Positions 1 to 10,261 of a stretch of 45,778 nt of DNA are shown here, piece after piece (positions within the stretch are counted from its first letter, which is position 1; the number at the start of each line of letters is the position of its first letter). Source of the DNA: a virus (lineage: Duplodnaviria; Caudoviricetes); the IMG/VR virus record IMGVR_UViG_3300035148_000140, positions 1 through 45,778 of that record; one strand, written 5' to 3'. The notes beneath the pieces are model-generated. The model saw only the letters and a list, made by a program, of their open reading frames with translations, searched no databases and was not told the DNA's origin. The translations under genes were made by a program, and so were the position numbers.

Positions 1-921
1 GACACCTTCCGGTTCACCTCGCCCTACGAGGACGTGATCGAAGGGCTGGCTGCCATCTACGGAGGCGTGGCCAAGCCGTGGAAGGATCCGAAGGCGAACC
101 CGCCCGACCAGTTCGAGGTCATCACCCGCGCCAAGCAGATCGACGTCTACATCGTGCGCGACGGACTGAGCTCGTGGTACGAGGAATGGGCTGGCGGCGG
201 ATGCTTGCGCCGCTGCGACGGTGAGATGTGCCAGATCCCGCAGACCACCGGGCCCGATCAGGTCGAGATGGTCGAGGTGCCCTGCCTGTGCATCGCCGCC
301 GGCGAACGTCGCTGCGATCCGCACACCCGCCTCAACGTCATCCTCCCCGACATCCCGTTCCGTGGCGTGTGGCGTCTGCAGACCAAGGGCTGGAACGCAG
401 CGCACGAGCTGCCCGGCATGGTCGACATGATCGACCACCTCTCGGTCAACGGCCATGTCGTCCAGGCGGTGCTCGGCATCGAGGCTCGGACCCAGTCGAC
501 GCCGGGTCGGCGCAAGCGCAACTTCGTGGTGCCGAAGCTCTCCATCCTCAACACGCCAAAGGAGATCCAGCAGGGCCTGGCCGCAGCCGGAGCCACGCCG
601 GCCATTGGCCCATCAACGGTTACGCAGGTCGCGCTACCCGTCGCCACGATGACCCCGCCCGACGACGAGGTGATCGACGCCGAGGTGGTCGACGACGAGC
701 TGTTCGCCGCCGAGGAGGCGATGCGTGCCGACGCCATCAACTTCGGCCTCGACCCGAACCGCTACCTCGCCGCCGGTCGCGAGCAGATCCTCAACTCGCC
801 GCACACCCCGGGCACCATGGCCGAGCGGTTGGCGAAGTGCAGCGCCGTCGTCCGCTCCGGTCGCATGGAGCCCATCGGGTTCAACCCCGACGGTTCGATC
901 CAGTGGAGCAAGCCCCGATGA
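1..921 (+). CDS. 3' part of Gp3-like/RDF-like protein (about 340 aa in total)
   Basis: YGG..PW, WYEEWAGGGCLRRCDG, CxC..C, RLNVILP, GVWRLQTKGWNAAHEL motifs match the actinophage Gp3-like family as I recall it. Confidence 0.8.
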   Translation, partial: DTFRFTSPYEDVIEGLAAIYGGVAKPWKDPKANPPDQFEVITRAKQIDVYIVRDGLSSWYEEWAGGGCLRRCDGEMCQIPQTTGPDQVEMVEVPCLCIAAGERRCDPHTRLNVILPDIPFRGVWRLQTKGWNAAHELPGMVDMIDHLSVNGHVVQAVLGIEARTQSTPGRRKRNFVVPKLSILNTPKEIQQGLAAAGATPAIGPSTVTQVALPVATMTPPDDEVIDAEVVDDELFAAEEAMRADAINFGLDPNRYLAAGREQILNSPHTPGTMAERLAKCSAVVRSGRMEPIGFNPDGSIQWSKPR

Positions 922-1466
922 TCCGCATCCTCGTCGCCGCACTCGTGCTCTGCGGGTGCGGCGCCACCCCCTACGTCACGTCGGACTACGAGACAGCGCC
1001 GACCATCGTCATCCACCCGATCCTGCCCTCGCTCGACGCACCGGCCATCGCCACCGTGTCAGCGATCCGCATCCGTCCACCGTCGCCCATCACGCGTGAC
1101 GAGCACACGCCCATGCCGGCTGCGCCCACAGGGATCATGGGCCTTCCGTTTGCCCCGGCGAACATGACCGGCTGTGACGAGATGACCTTCTACCGGGAAC
1201 AGTTCCAGCTGCCGCCACGGTTCGACGGGCTCGGGTACCGGGAGTCGCGGTGCACCAACACCCCGATCAGCTCGACCGGGTGCTGCGTCGGGTACTGGCA
1301 GTTGCACTCGATCATCTTCCGTGACCATCGCATGATCGAGGGCCTCGCCGCATGCGGGGCCACCTGGCAGAACGTCCGAGGGGACGATCCCGCGTCGAAG
1401 CAGCGCAACGCGTGCGCCGCCAAGCAGCTCTTCGATACAGCTGGATACCAGGCGTGGGCCCTGTGA
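918..1466 (+). CDS. Exported/lipoprotein-like protein with a lysozyme-like (lytic transglycosylase) domain
   Basis: ATGA overlap start; hydrophobic N-terminus with LVLCGC; Pro-rich linker; RESRC..N, GYWQL, ..NACAAKQLF..G..AW pattern. Confidence 0.65.
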   Translation: MIRILVAALVLCGCGATPYVTSDYETAPTIVIHPILPSLDAPAIATVSAIRIRPPSPITRDEHTPMPAAPTGIMGLPFAPANMTGCDEMTFYREQFQLPPRFDGLGYRESRCTNTPISSTGCCVGYWQLHSIIFRDHRMIEGLAACGATWQNVRGDDPASKQRNACAAKQLFDTAGYQAWAL

Positions 1467-1894
1467 CATACCATCAGTTTGCCCCTGCGGAGGTGTTGCA
1501 ACAAGCCCCTTTCGTCGAGCTGGTCATTCCCCGGTACAAGCTGCGCTTCATCACGGAGAACGTGAGTCATTCCCACTGGCAACGGGTCTACCGCCAGCGC
1601 CGGGACTGGGCCGACCTGACCAACGTCGCCCTGCTGCAGGCCAAGCTCAAGCTGACCAAGCCCCTGCCGCCCGTGTGGGTCCATCCGATCTTCACCTTCG
1701 GCGTGACCCGCACCCGCGACCCGATCAACTTCATGCCCACGGTCAAGCCGGTGATCGACACCCTCGTTCGCCATGGCTGGTGGCCCGACGACAACCCGCG
1801 CTACGTGGACTACATCGCTCCGGTCGCCGTCATCGTCAAGGGCTGCCTCGAGAACTTGACCCTCCGCTTCTACGAAAGGCCCACCGATGGATAG
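1463..1894 (+). CDS. RusA-like Holliday junction resolvase
   Basis: GTGA overlap start; RDPINFMPTVKPVIDTLV..GWWPDDN matches the RusA D..N..K...D...DD catalytic pattern. Confidence 0.75.
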   Translation: MTYHQFAPAEVLQQAPFVELVIPRYKLRFITENVSHSHWQRVYRQRRDWADLTNVALLQAKLKLTKPLPPVWVHPIFTFGVTRTRDPINFMPTVKPVIDTLVRHGWWPDDNPRYVDYIAPVAVIVKGCLENLTLRFYERPTDG

Positions 1895-2123
1895 CTCGAC
1901 CGAGTTTCTCGCCATGTCCGTCGAGCTCGAGCGCGACATGCTCGTCCTCGGCACCGTGGTCAAGCAGGCCCGGCAGGCGCACGACCTCTCGCTGCGTAAC
2001 CTGGCCACGTTGATCGACGTCGGCTACATCACCCTCCACCGTTTCGAGCGGGGCCAGCTGCTGCCCACACCCGCCGAACGCGAACGGATCGCGGCATGGC
2101 TCTTCGCTGTGCCCCCTGCGTAA
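1887..2123 (+). CDS. XRE-family helix-turn-helix protein
   Basis: AAAGG RBS; VKQARQAHDLSLRNLATLIDVGYITLHRFERG..P. Confidence 0.85.
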   Translation: MDSSTEFLAMSVELERDMLVLGTVVKQARQAHDLSLRNLATLIDVGYITLHRFERGQLLPTPAERERIAAWLFAVPPA

Positions 2124-2251
2124 CGACGACATCGCACCGACCTGGGTCTTCGTTACCTTTTGCCCAGGTGTCGTTGTCCCGACCGTTGAGCTGGCCTCCC
2201 CGGTGGCTCCGGTCGGGCGACAGGTGCGTTCGGACGGATACGATCGGACGT

Positions 2252-2644
2252 ATGCCAACCCCTCCCGAACAACGAGTCCTCGATACCATCATCCAGCTTC
2301 GCGAGAAGTACCACGCCTGCACGGCAACGGCCGTGGCCGCCACGCTGCACCTGAACAAGACCTACGTGCTGCGCCTGTGCGAGAACCTACGCCGGCAGGG
2401 CCTCGTCGACTGGACCACCATGACGGGCTCACTGCATCCCACTGGCCCATCAGCTGTTGCGACGTCACGACCGGTCGTGCCCCTCGAGGAGCCGGCTGCC
2501 GAGCCAGCCGATGAGCGTGGCCCCACCGACGATGACGCCGACGAGAAAGCACAGCGGCGCAACGAAGCCCTGGCAAGGGGCCGAGCGACTGCAGCTGCGA
2601 ACCGCCTGGCGCGGCAAGCAGCGAGGGAACCCGTCAACGCCTGA
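2252..2644 (+). CDS. Winged-helix DNA-binding protein with an acidic/basic tail
   Basis: EQRVLDTI...TATAVAATLHLNKTYVLRLCENLRRQGLV; ATG 7 nt after TACGAT (2239-2244). Confidence 0.7.
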   Translation: MPTPPEQRVLDTIIQLREKYHACTATAVAATLHLNKTYVLRLCENLRRQGLVDWTTMTGSLHPTGPSAVATSRPVVPLEEPAAEPADERGPTDDDADEKAQRRNEALARGRATAAANRLARQAAREPVNA

Positions 2645-2650
2645 GGTCAT

Positions 2651-3073
2651 TCACCCAAGGTACAGGACAGCCCAGACCAGCTGCTGACCAGCATCGGCTC
2701 CACAGATCAGGGACGTATGTGTGACTCGGACGACCTTGTCCATCCAGACCGGCTCCGGCGACGACGAGTACTCCCACATGAAGACACCGATCATGCCTTG
2801 ACTGATGATCTCAGCGGACAAACCGTGCGCGATGTTGATGGCCTGACCTTGTTGATGATCCGCCGGCACCTGCATGTTCCCCCGAGCGACGCGCACCATC
2901 GGGCCAGCAGGAGGAGGCCCCTGTGGTCCTTGCGGTCCAACCGGGCCTTGGATGCCTTGCGGTCCCTGTGGCCCGACTGGACCCTCGGGCCCTTGTGGGC
3001 CAGGGACGCCGAGCCCGCCGATGGCGACGACGGTGCCGTCCTCCCGCTTGTAGAACAGGGCTCCGTCAGGCAT
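2651..3073 (-). CDS. Small collagen-repeat fibre/accessory virion protein
   Basis: [22 protein letters not shown] repeats; GAGGAG RBS; last gene of the tail module. Confidence 0.75.
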   Translation of the reverse strand: MPDGALFYKREDGTVVAIGGLGVPGPQGPEGPVGPQGPQGIQGPVGPQGPQGPPPAGPMVRVARGNMQVPADHQQGQAINIAHGLSAEIISQGMIGVFMWEYSSSPEPVWMDKVVRVTHTSLICGADAGQQLVWAVLYLG

Positions 3074-3088
3074 GGGTGCTCCTCGTGG

Positions 3089-5152
3089 TCACAGTTCGGC
3101 CGATGCGTTGAACGAGCACGACACCCACAAGCCTGCCCGACTGGCGTCGAATCCGCCCACCCATACCGTCTGGCCGAACACCGTGAAGTTGCTCGGGTTC
3201 TGCTCGATCACCCCGCCTTGCTCGGCGTTGCCGAGGGGACCGGTGCCGGTGATGATCGGGGTCTTCCGCATGACGGGCAGGCAGCCCTGGAACACTGCCC
3301 GACCTCCGTTCGAGGCGACGCCGAGCGCCGAGACGGGGATGAAGTACCGCTGGCAGCGGGCCAGCTCGTCGGCGTACGGCGGCTCGATGTACGGGGTGGC
3401 GACCGAGCCCGGTTCGAGCTTCACGGCGCCGAGGTCGACGGCGAACGACTGGTCGACCGGGGCGTCGAACTGGATGATGATGTGATGCCCGTCGCCGAGC
3501 GTCTTCCCGTCGATCGACGGCATCTCGAACGTGTACTCGACCCGGCGCGGCGCTTCGCCATCGGTGACCCGGAACGTCTGCTGCACCAACGCGATCGGCT
3601 CGTCGCCGGGACCGACCACCTGACGCACATGGACCTTCATGTCTCCGGTGAAGTTGTAGCTGCTGGCGATCTCGAACGACAGCGTGACGGTTCGACCGGC
3701 GAACGTGTCGACGCCTTCGATGCGGTGGAGCAGCGACGAGTAGGTGGCCCCCGGCTGGAAGACGGAGCTGCGCCACCGCGCCCCGTTGCGTCCACCGCCC
3801 GCCCTGCCGCTCGTCGGGGACAGCCGCTCGACGGTGACGTTCGATCCGGGCACGCCGTTGTGGATCGCTTGCCACTGGTCGGCGGTGTACGTCCACGCGT
3901 TCGGCGGCACGTCGATCCATGTGTTGCTGCGCTGCCAGACGGCGAAGCCGCCGTTGATGACCGCGTTCGGCTGGGCGACGATCACCTGCGGGGCTGGCGG
4001 GTCGGTGACGGTGACGCCGACCTTGGCGGCGATGATGAAGCAGAGGGCGTAGAACGGCGGCAGGTTGTTGTGCGGCTGCCCGCCACCTGTCGGGCCTCCG
4101 GTCGTTTGCAGGCCGTAGACCGCCTTGGTGCTCTGCCCATCCCACACCGGCAGCGCGTCCTCGCCAGTGTTCCAGCCGACGTAGTTCGCGTGGCTGTGCG
4201 ACGGCATCTCCTCGATCGTCAGCGTGTGCGTCGCCTCGCCGCCCGAATCACCGATCTTCCTCGTGGCCGAGGCACCGACGACGAAGCGATCGCGCAGGTC
4301 GGGCAGTCCGTTCGGATACATGGCCCGCAACGCGTCGTACTCAGCCCCGGCCGGGACCGGCGAGCCGTCGCAGAGTAGGTGCGTGGCGGGGATCGGGGCA
4401 TCGCCCCACATGGAGATGACGCCGACGTCCTGTGAGACGACCGTGCCGCTACCCGAGCTCGAGCCGCCGCCCGTACCGCTGCCCGGCGTGACGTCGATGA
4501 TCGTGTAGCGCGGCGGCATGATGTCGTGCCGTCCGCTGGCCGTCCCCGCCCCGTAGTAGACGCCGTAGGCGAGCTTCGCCTCGTGGTCGCCGGTCGTGCC
4601 GGTCCACTCGAACGTCGTCGCGATCGTGTTGAGCAGGCCCCCGTCTGCGGTGATGGCGACCAGCCCCAAGGACGAAGCGATCGGCACCCCGTCGATGTCG
4701 AACCGGAGCCCGAGGTAGTCCCCGACCCTCGACCCCTGCATCAAGCACTGGGCAGTGATCTCGTAGCGGTGGCCGTTGATGAGCGGAACGGTGGCAGCCG
4801 TTCCGTTGAGGTTGACCAGCTCGCCCGGCCCGCTCGGGGCCAACGGGGTCGTCTGCGGCTGCGTCGGATCACCGACGACGGTGATGACGTGACCGGCGAT
4901 GCCGCCCCCACCGCCGCCGCCCGAGCCTTCGGGGCAGTGGACGACCCACATCTCGCCGACCCTCATCCACGTCTTCCCCATCGCGGTGAACAGCTCGCCT
5001 TGCGCGGGCGCGTCGGGGAAGTTGATCGGCGCGGTGCCGCCGCCTTCGGGCAGGCCCCCGCTGTCGCCAGGCCCGTCCGGTGGAAGCGGGATCACTCCGG
5101 TTCCGAGGGGGTCGGGCTCGCTGCCGGGGATACCCACTACGCCGGTTGCCAT
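3089..5152 (-). CDS. Tail fibre protein with tail-collar domain and C-terminal beta-rich domain
   Basis: GVISMWG..IPATHLLCDG...YDAL...[44 protein letters not shown]; C-terminal INGGFAVWQR...DELARCQRYF. Confidence 0.85.
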   Translation of the reverse strand: MATGVVGIPGSEPDPLGTGVIPLPPDGPGDSGGLPEGGGTAPINFPDAPAQGELFTAMGKTWMRVGEMWVVHCPEGSGGGGGGGIAGHVITVVGDPTQPQTTPLAPSGPGELVNLNGTAATVPLINGHRYEITAQCLMQGSRVGDYLGLRFDIDGVPIASSLGLVAITADGGLLNTIATTFEWTGTTGDHEAKLAYGVYYGAGTASGRHDIMPPRYTIIDVTPGSGTGGGSSSGSGTVVSQDVGVISMWGDAPIPATHLLCDGSPVPAGAEYDALRAMYPNGLPDLRDRFVVGASATRKIGDSGGEATHTLTIEEMPSHSHANYVGWNTGEDALPVWDGQSTKAVYGLQTTGGPTGGGQPHNNLPPFYALCFIIAAKVGVTVTDPPAPQVIVAQPNAVINGGFAVWQRSNTWIDVPPNAWTYTADQWQAIHNGVPGSNVTVERLSPTSGRAGGGRNGARWRSSVFQPGATYSSLLHRIEGVDTFAGRTVTLSFEIASSYNFTGDMKVHVRQVVGPGDEPIALVQQTFRVTDGEAPRRVEYTFEMPSIDGKTLGDGHHIIIQFDAPVDQSFAVDLGAVKLEPGSVATPYIEPPYADELARCQRYFIPVSALGVASNGGRAVFQGCLPVMRKTPIITGTGPLGNAEQGGVIEQNPSNFTVFGQTVWVGGFDASRAGLWVSCSFNASAEL

Positions 5153-5186
5153 GTCAGCTCATCCTCTCGTCCATCGCATCCATCCC

Positions 5187-7274
5187 TCAGTTGAGCCGCT
5201 GGACTGTCAGGCAGGCACGGCCAGCCGTGAGCGCCCACGCCCCGTCCAGCCCCTTCGAGGCCATCGTGAAGGTGTTGCTCCCTGCTACCACGTCGAGCAC
5301 GACCGAGTGCGAGAACCCGTAGTAGACGCCGCTGTCGCCCATGTGCACCGTCGCGGCAAACCCGTCCGACGCCTCGGCGACGGTAGCGCCCGACACCCTC
5401 ACCCCGAACAACGCGTTCTTGTTCCCCGCTCCCGCGATGGCAGAGCCAGAGAACGTGACGAGCACCTGCGTCCCCGTCTCCATCGTCACGGTCGGGTATC
5501 CACTCTCCACCCACCAGCCGTTGCCGACGTCGGCAGGGTTGTAGACCGGCATCTCCCAGCGGTAGTTCGCCTTCACCCCGTCGTACGTCTGCACCCCGGC
5601 AGGACCCTGCGGCCCGGCTGGGCCTTGCGGGCCTTCGGGACCGGCAGGGCCAGCGGGACCTTCGGGACCTTGCGGGCCGACGATGGTGTCGTCGCGTGCG
5701 CCGAAGTGGTTGACCCGCAGGACGGTGTGCGGGTGGCCGACGCGCGTGGCGTTGGCGTTGTAGGAGCGGCCCCAAAGCTGGAACGTCCATGTCCCGGCGA
5801 CATCGACGGTGAACGAGTGGATGTTGCCGACCGAGGCCCGCTCCTGCTCGTTGATGAACGCGGCGTTGGCGATCTGCGCCGTCAGTGATGACGCCCCGCC
5901 CGGCCGGGTGATGTTGACGGCGACCTGGCCGAGCGTGGTGGGGATGCCAGCGTCGGGCAGCATGTCGGCCGACCAGGCGAGGTCGATGACGTCGCCGACG
6001 AGCGCCTCGACGGTGAGAGCGAGGCCGAAGACTCCACCCTCACCGGCCAGCACGGTCTGTGGTGGCGTCGTCCACTGGCTCGACAGCAGGCCGACAGCGG
6101 GCTCGCCCGGCACGAGAACCGGACCACTCGAACCACCGCCACCACCGCAGTCGCCGCCGACGTCGATCCACGACGAGTCGAAGCGAACGAACAGCCGCCC
6201 GAGGTACGTGTTGAACCACAGGTCGCCGTCGTTCGGGTCGACCGGGGCGTGCTCCCCGATCGAGGTCGACGAGCTACCACCGCTGGCCGGTGCCTGAGCG
6301 ACGGCGACGATGATGAACCGCAGCGCGTAGAACGGCGGCATGTTGTTGTGCGCCTCGACGGCATCGACACCGGCCCGGTCCTGCACGGACGCTCCGGTGC
6401 CGGAAGGCTGGTTGTTGGCGGTGACGTTCGTGGCGTACCAGTCGCCGCCGACGTCGCCGCCCGTCGTGTTGGAACGCAAGACGAGTCGCGGCTCGGCGCC
6501 GGGTCCCTGGTCGTAGTAGATGCGACCCTGACCGTTGCTCGGAGCCCACGCGTCCGTCCCGATCGGGTGAGCGTGCGGGTCCTGCACATGGTCGTGGCCG
6601 GGGTCGATGAAGCCGTGGCCGTGCGTCCGCAGGGCCGACTCGTTGATCGTCAGGAGGTGCGTTTCCTCGCCGCCCGTCGCGCCGACCGCCTTCGTGTCGG
6701 AGGCACCGACGATGAACCGGTCACGAAGGTCAGGCAACCGAGGCGGAAGACCCACGGCAAAGAGGGATCGCAGCTCGTCGTACTCGGGACCATCAGGAAC
6801 CAGCGATCCATCGCAGAGCAGATGTCCAGCAGGGATCGGACCGTAGCCCCACATGAGGATCGTGCCGACTGCATGGCCCCCGCCGCCGCCCGAGCTCGAG
6901 CCGCCGCTGACCGGGATCCATGCGCCGCCCGCGTAGATCGACAGGATGCGCGTGTCGGGGTTCAGCCAGAAGTCGCCATCGGCGGGAGCCGTCGGTGGCG
7001 TCGTGCCGATGCCGACGTTCGACCCGCCACCACCAGACGGCGGCGTGTAGCTGGCGTCGAGGTCGAAGAACAGCGTGCCACCCGACAGGTCGGGCGGGAT
7101 CTCCGTGCCCTCGGCAACCGGAGTCGGCGGCCCTGGTGAGCCATCCAACCCCTGTGGACCCTGCGGGCCCTGCGGACCGATCGGCCCCTGCGGTCCAGGC
7201 GCGCCACCCCCAGTACCGCCGCCGCCCTTCTTGATCAGCGCGAGCAGCTCGTTGTACTGGTCGTCGGAACGCAC
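5187..7274 (-). CDS. Tail fibre protein with collagen repeats and tail-collar domain
   Basis: Likely GTG start at 7274 ([11 protein letters not shown]); GPQ repeats; PxxGDLWF motifs; VGTILMWG...LCDG...[22 protein letters not shown]. Confidence 0.85.
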   Translation of the reverse strand: MRSDDQYNELLALIKKGGGGTGGGAPGPQGPIGPQGPQGPQGLDGSPGPPTPVAEGTEIPPDLSGGTLFFDLDASYTPPSGGGGSNVGIGTTPPTAPADGDFWLNPDTRILSIYAGGAWIPVSGGSSSGGGGGHAVGTILMWGYGPIPAGHLLCDGSLVPDGPEYDELRSLFAVGLPPRLPDLRDRFIVGASDTKAVGATGGEETHLLTINESALRTHGHGFIDPGHDHVQDPHAHPIGTDAWAPSNGQGRIYYDQGPGAEPRLVLRSNTTGGDVGGDWYATNVTANNQPSGTGASVQDRAGVDAVEAHNNMPPFYALRFIIVAVAQAPASGGSSSTSIGEHAPVDPNDGDLWFNTYLGRLFVRFDSSWIDVGGDCGGGGGSSGPVLVPGEPAVGLLSSQWTTPPQTVLAGEGGVFGLALTVEALVGDVIDLAWSADMLPDAGIPTTLGQVAVNITRPGGASSLTAQIANAAFINEQERASVGNIHSFTVDVAGTWTFQLWGRSYNANATRVGHPHTVLRVNHFGARDDTIVGPQGPEGPAGPAGPEGPQGPAGPQGPAGVQTYDGVKANYRWEMPVYNPADVGNGWWVESGYPTVTMETGTQVLVTFSGSAIAGAGNKNALFGVRVSGATVAEASDGFAATVHMGDSGVYYGFSHSVVLDVVAGSNTFTMASKGLDGAWALTAGRACLTVQRLN

Positions 7275-7278
7275 CGGA

Positions 7279-8388
7279 TCAGTGCGCCTTGATCTGGAAG
7301 TACACCGCTCCGTGAGCCGGCGTGGTGTCCAGCGGGCTGTTCGGCAGGTTGCCATTGCCGGACAACGTCCCGCCCGCCAACGCAGCGACGGAGTGCTGGT
7401 GGTTGTCCACTGGTGCCCCGGCGAACCCGTGCCCGTGGCCACCCTGGCCGGCGACGATCGACAGCTCCGCCCCGTTGCGCTGCACCGAAATGCCGGTACC
7501 GGAACCGACCGTGCCTGTGATGGGTGCCGCCTCGAAGTTGCCTGGAACGCCGTTCGAGTTCGGCGTGATGTCGAGGCTGTGCGTGGTCTTGTTGTCGTCC
7601 AGGCCGAAGATGCGATCGGTTGCACCAACCTGCAAGCTGTGGCTGTGGCCTGGGTCGGAGATGTTGTGGCCATGCCCCGGGTCCGAGATGTTGTGGCCGT
7701 GCTCGCCGCCACCCGTGACCGACCCCGCCGGAGTGTGCGCGCCGGCCGGCCCGGTCACATCACCGTGGCCGTGTCCGATGTCGTGCCTGTGCGGCGGCAG
7801 GTTCGCCTCGGCAATGGTGCGCGCGTTCGCTCCACCCTTCTCGCCCACCGCCGTCACGCCCACCCCTTGCAGCGTGCGATCCGACCAGTCGGGCAACACG
7901 ATGTCGGTGCCCTGCTTCCACGTCACCGGCAGCTTCGGCCACAGCGTCGGGAAGCGGGTCTGCCCGTTCGCGTAGCGCTGATTGAACAGCAGCCAGCCGG
8001 GATCGGCCACGCCGTACACCGTCGTCCTGATCGTCCCGGCAGGACACACCGTCTCGAGCAGCGCCACGTCCGTACCGAAGATGCCCTCGGAGAGATCGTC
8101 GATCTTCTGGCACCACGACGCCGGCAGCGTGTGCTGCACCACGGCGTTGTCACCATGGGCAGCTGGACTCGTGCCGTCGTAGCCACGAACACACTCGGTG
8201 CACACGTTGGCCGAGCGCAGCCCGACAAACACCTTCTCCTCGATCGGCGTACCTCGGTCGATGACGATCACGAAGTTCGAGCTCGGGTACGATGCCCCGT
8301 CCTCGAGCGTCAGCGACCTGACCGACGCGTCGATCGCTGCATTGAGCTGAGTGGCCTGTGCGGCCCCGGAGAACTTCATCCCTGTCAT
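7279..8388 (-). CDS. Short tail fibre/needle-like protein with degenerate collar domain and HxH repeats
   Basis: PAGTIR...PGWLL...LPDWSDR, GEKGGAN..TI..ANLPPHRH, repeated GHGH/HSH; AGGAG RBS. Confidence 0.75.
   Translation of the reverse strand: MTGMKFSGAAQATQLNAAIDASVRSLTLEDGASYPSSNFVIVIDRGTPIEEKVFVGLRSANVCTECVRGYDGTSPAAHGDNAVVQHTLPASWCQKIDDLSEGIFGTDVALLETVCPAGTIRTTVYGVADPGWLLFNQRYANGQTRFPTLWPKLPVTWKQGTDIVLPDWSDRTLQGVGVTAVGEKGGANARTIAEANLPPHRHDIGHGHGDVTGPAGAHTPAGSVTGGGEHGHNISDPGHGHNISDPGHSHSLQVGATDRIFGLDDNKTTHSLDITPNSNGVPGNFEAAPITGTVGSGTGISVQRNGAELSIVAGQGGHGHGFAGAPVDNHQHSVAALAGGTLSGNGNLPNSPLDTTPAHGAVYFQIKAH
7650..7703 (-). repeat. 27-bp tandem repeat encoding (GHNISDPGH)x2
   Basis: gggtc(g/c)gagatgttgtggcc occurs twice, 27 nt apart. 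Confidence 0.85.
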
Positions 8389-8397
8389 CGTGCGCTC

Positions 8398-10260
8398 CTA
8401 TGCCTTGACCAGTCGAAGGACCAACGTGCCCTCGATGAACGACCCAGCGTCGTTCCACTTCTTGCCTCGCATCTCGTACGCATCCACTCGGACGCGCTCG
8501 ACGCGACTCCCCATGCGGAAGTTGACGGCCGTCTTGGACCGCCACAGCCCCACCAGTGCGTCGTACACCTTGGCCACGTCCACGTCACGAACCTGGCCGG
8601 GGCCGCTGTTGATCCGCACTCGCGAGTTGAGCATGAGCGGAACGATCCACTGCTGCACCGGAGGGACCACCGGGTAGGCACGCATCCGCCACTGCTTGAG
8701 GATCGGTGTCGTGCCGCCTGGCCCGTTCAGGGTGATCCGCACCTGGCAGTGCCGAACCTGCTCGGCATCGAGGTCGTAGGTGAAGCCCTCCGATCCGACG
8801 ATCGCGTTGACCGCCGTCCCGATCGAGTTGCCGAGGTCGTCGAACACCTCGACCCTCACCGACTCGCCCACCTCGAGCGGCTCGTACTCCACCTTGATGT
8901 CGGTCAGCACCTTCTGTTCGACGGTGCCGAACGTGATGATCCCCGAGTCGATGAAGCCCACCTTCTCGTAGCGCGTCAACGACTGGCGGAAGCAACCCCG
9001 GTTCGGGACAGCGACGATCAGCTTGCGGCCGAAGTACGCCACCGCCGTCGGAGCTCCGTTCCCGATCTGCACGTCCCGGGCATGCGCCGGCAGCAGCGGC
9101 TCGACGAACGTGGACAGGTCGAGGCGCACCAGGCAGGCGTTGGCGGCATCGGTGACCCACGCGTAGGGCCCATCAGCTGTTGCGGCGAACGCGCCGTCGA
9201 TCTCGATCAGCGGGCCGTACGTCAGCGTGCCGTCGCCACCGATCTGCGCGAGGCGCGCCCCCTTGCTGGTCAGCAGCAGCACCGCCCCGGCGTAGGCGTA
9301 GCCGTCGTAGAGCAGCTCACCGAACGGCAGCGGCGCCGACTCGACGGACTGCAGCAGCGCACCGACGGAGTCCGTCGCCACCGAGTACAGCTCGGAGCGG
9401 ATCCCGGCGAACCCGCCGATGTAGATGCGCGAGCCGATGTTGAACACCGTCGTCCACCGGAAGGCCGGCTGGAAGTGGTCCTTGACCGTGAGCAGCGTGC
9501 CGTCCCTGGCCACCTCGGACAGCACGTTGGACTGGCCGATGAGCAGCCGGTTGCCGACGAAGTACACCTGATGGGTGTTCGCCGTGATCGGCTTGGTGAA
9601 TCCCACCGAGTCGCGCGCTGGACCGAGCACCTTGCTGAGGCCGTTCGTGTGCGCCACGTACAGGTCGGTGCCATCGGTGGCGAGCCCCTGGATCTGCCCG
9701 CCGCCGACGAGGTTGATCGACACCCAGCGGTCGTAGCTGATCTCGGTCAGGTCGGTGCGCCACAGCTGGGTGCCCGACGCGTAGAACAGGTACGGCCCCG
9801 ACTCGATGAGGAACGCCATGGCACCGGTCGCGTGCTCCTTCGACATGGTCATCGTGTGGTGCAGCGTCAGCTCGTAGTCGTTCCACGGGTTGATGCCGTA
9901 CGACAGCTCGAAGCGGAACGGATCGGCGTCCTCGCGCAGGTCACCGAACTCCTGGCCCATGCCGTGCAGCCACGAGTAGCGGTACCTCGACCATGCACCA
10001 TCAGCGTTGAACAGTTGCTCGGACTGATCGCTCGAGGTGGCCACGCCATCGCGGATGGTGGACTCGGACATCGAGCGGTACTCGGTCGTGTCGTCGAGGG
10101 GCAGCTCGATGCCGTTGATCGAGACGGTGGTCGGTGTCGGATCGACACCGGAGCTCGTGCCCCGGTAGAACAGGAAGGCGTCGGTCGCGCCGAGGAGCAC
10201 GTCGATGCCGGGCCCGACGGCCAGTCCGATCCGCCGATGGAGGCCGGAGTCGAAGGGCAT
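8398..10260 (-). CDS. Putative tail nozzle/hub (beta-propeller-like tail tubular protein)
   Basis: 620 aa of short beta-strand repeats (GLATDGTDLYVA, VYFVGNRLLIG); position after the adaptor. Confidence 0.6.
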   Translation of the reverse strand: MPFDSGLHRRIGLAVGPGIDVLLGATDAFLFYRGTSSGVDPTPTTVSINGIELPLDDTTEYRSMSESTIRDGVATSSDQSEQLFNADGAWSRYRYSWLHGMGQEFGDLREDADPFRFELSYGINPWNDYELTLHHTMTMSKEHATGAMAFLIESGPYLFYASGTQLWRTDLTEISYDRWVSINLVGGGQIQGLATDGTDLYVAHTNGLSKVLGPARDSVGFTKPITANTHQVYFVGNRLLIGQSNVLSEVARDGTLLTVKDHFQPAFRWTTVFNIGSRIYIGGFAGIRSELYSVATDSVGALLQSVESAPLPFGELLYDGYAYAGAVLLLTSKGARLAQIGGDGTLTYGPLIEIDGAFAATADGPYAWVTDAANACLVRLDLSTFVEPLLPAHARDVQIGNGAPTAVAYFGRKLIVAVPNRGCFRQSLTRYEKVGFIDSGIITFGTVEQKVLTDIKVEYEPLEVGESVRVEVFDDLGNSIGTAVNAIVGSEGFTYDLDAEQVRHCQVRITLNGPGGTTPILKQWRMRAYPVVPPVQQWIVPLMLNSRVRINSGPGQVRDVDVAKVYDALVGLWRSKTAVNFRMGSRVERVRVDAYEMRGKKWNDAGSFIEGTLVLRLVKA

Positions 10261-10261
10261 C

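Noticed and set aside
3089-8388. Diversity-generating retroelement or invertible fibre cassette
   Set aside because: No reverse transcriptase or invertase; the repeats are direct and differences are not adenine-specific
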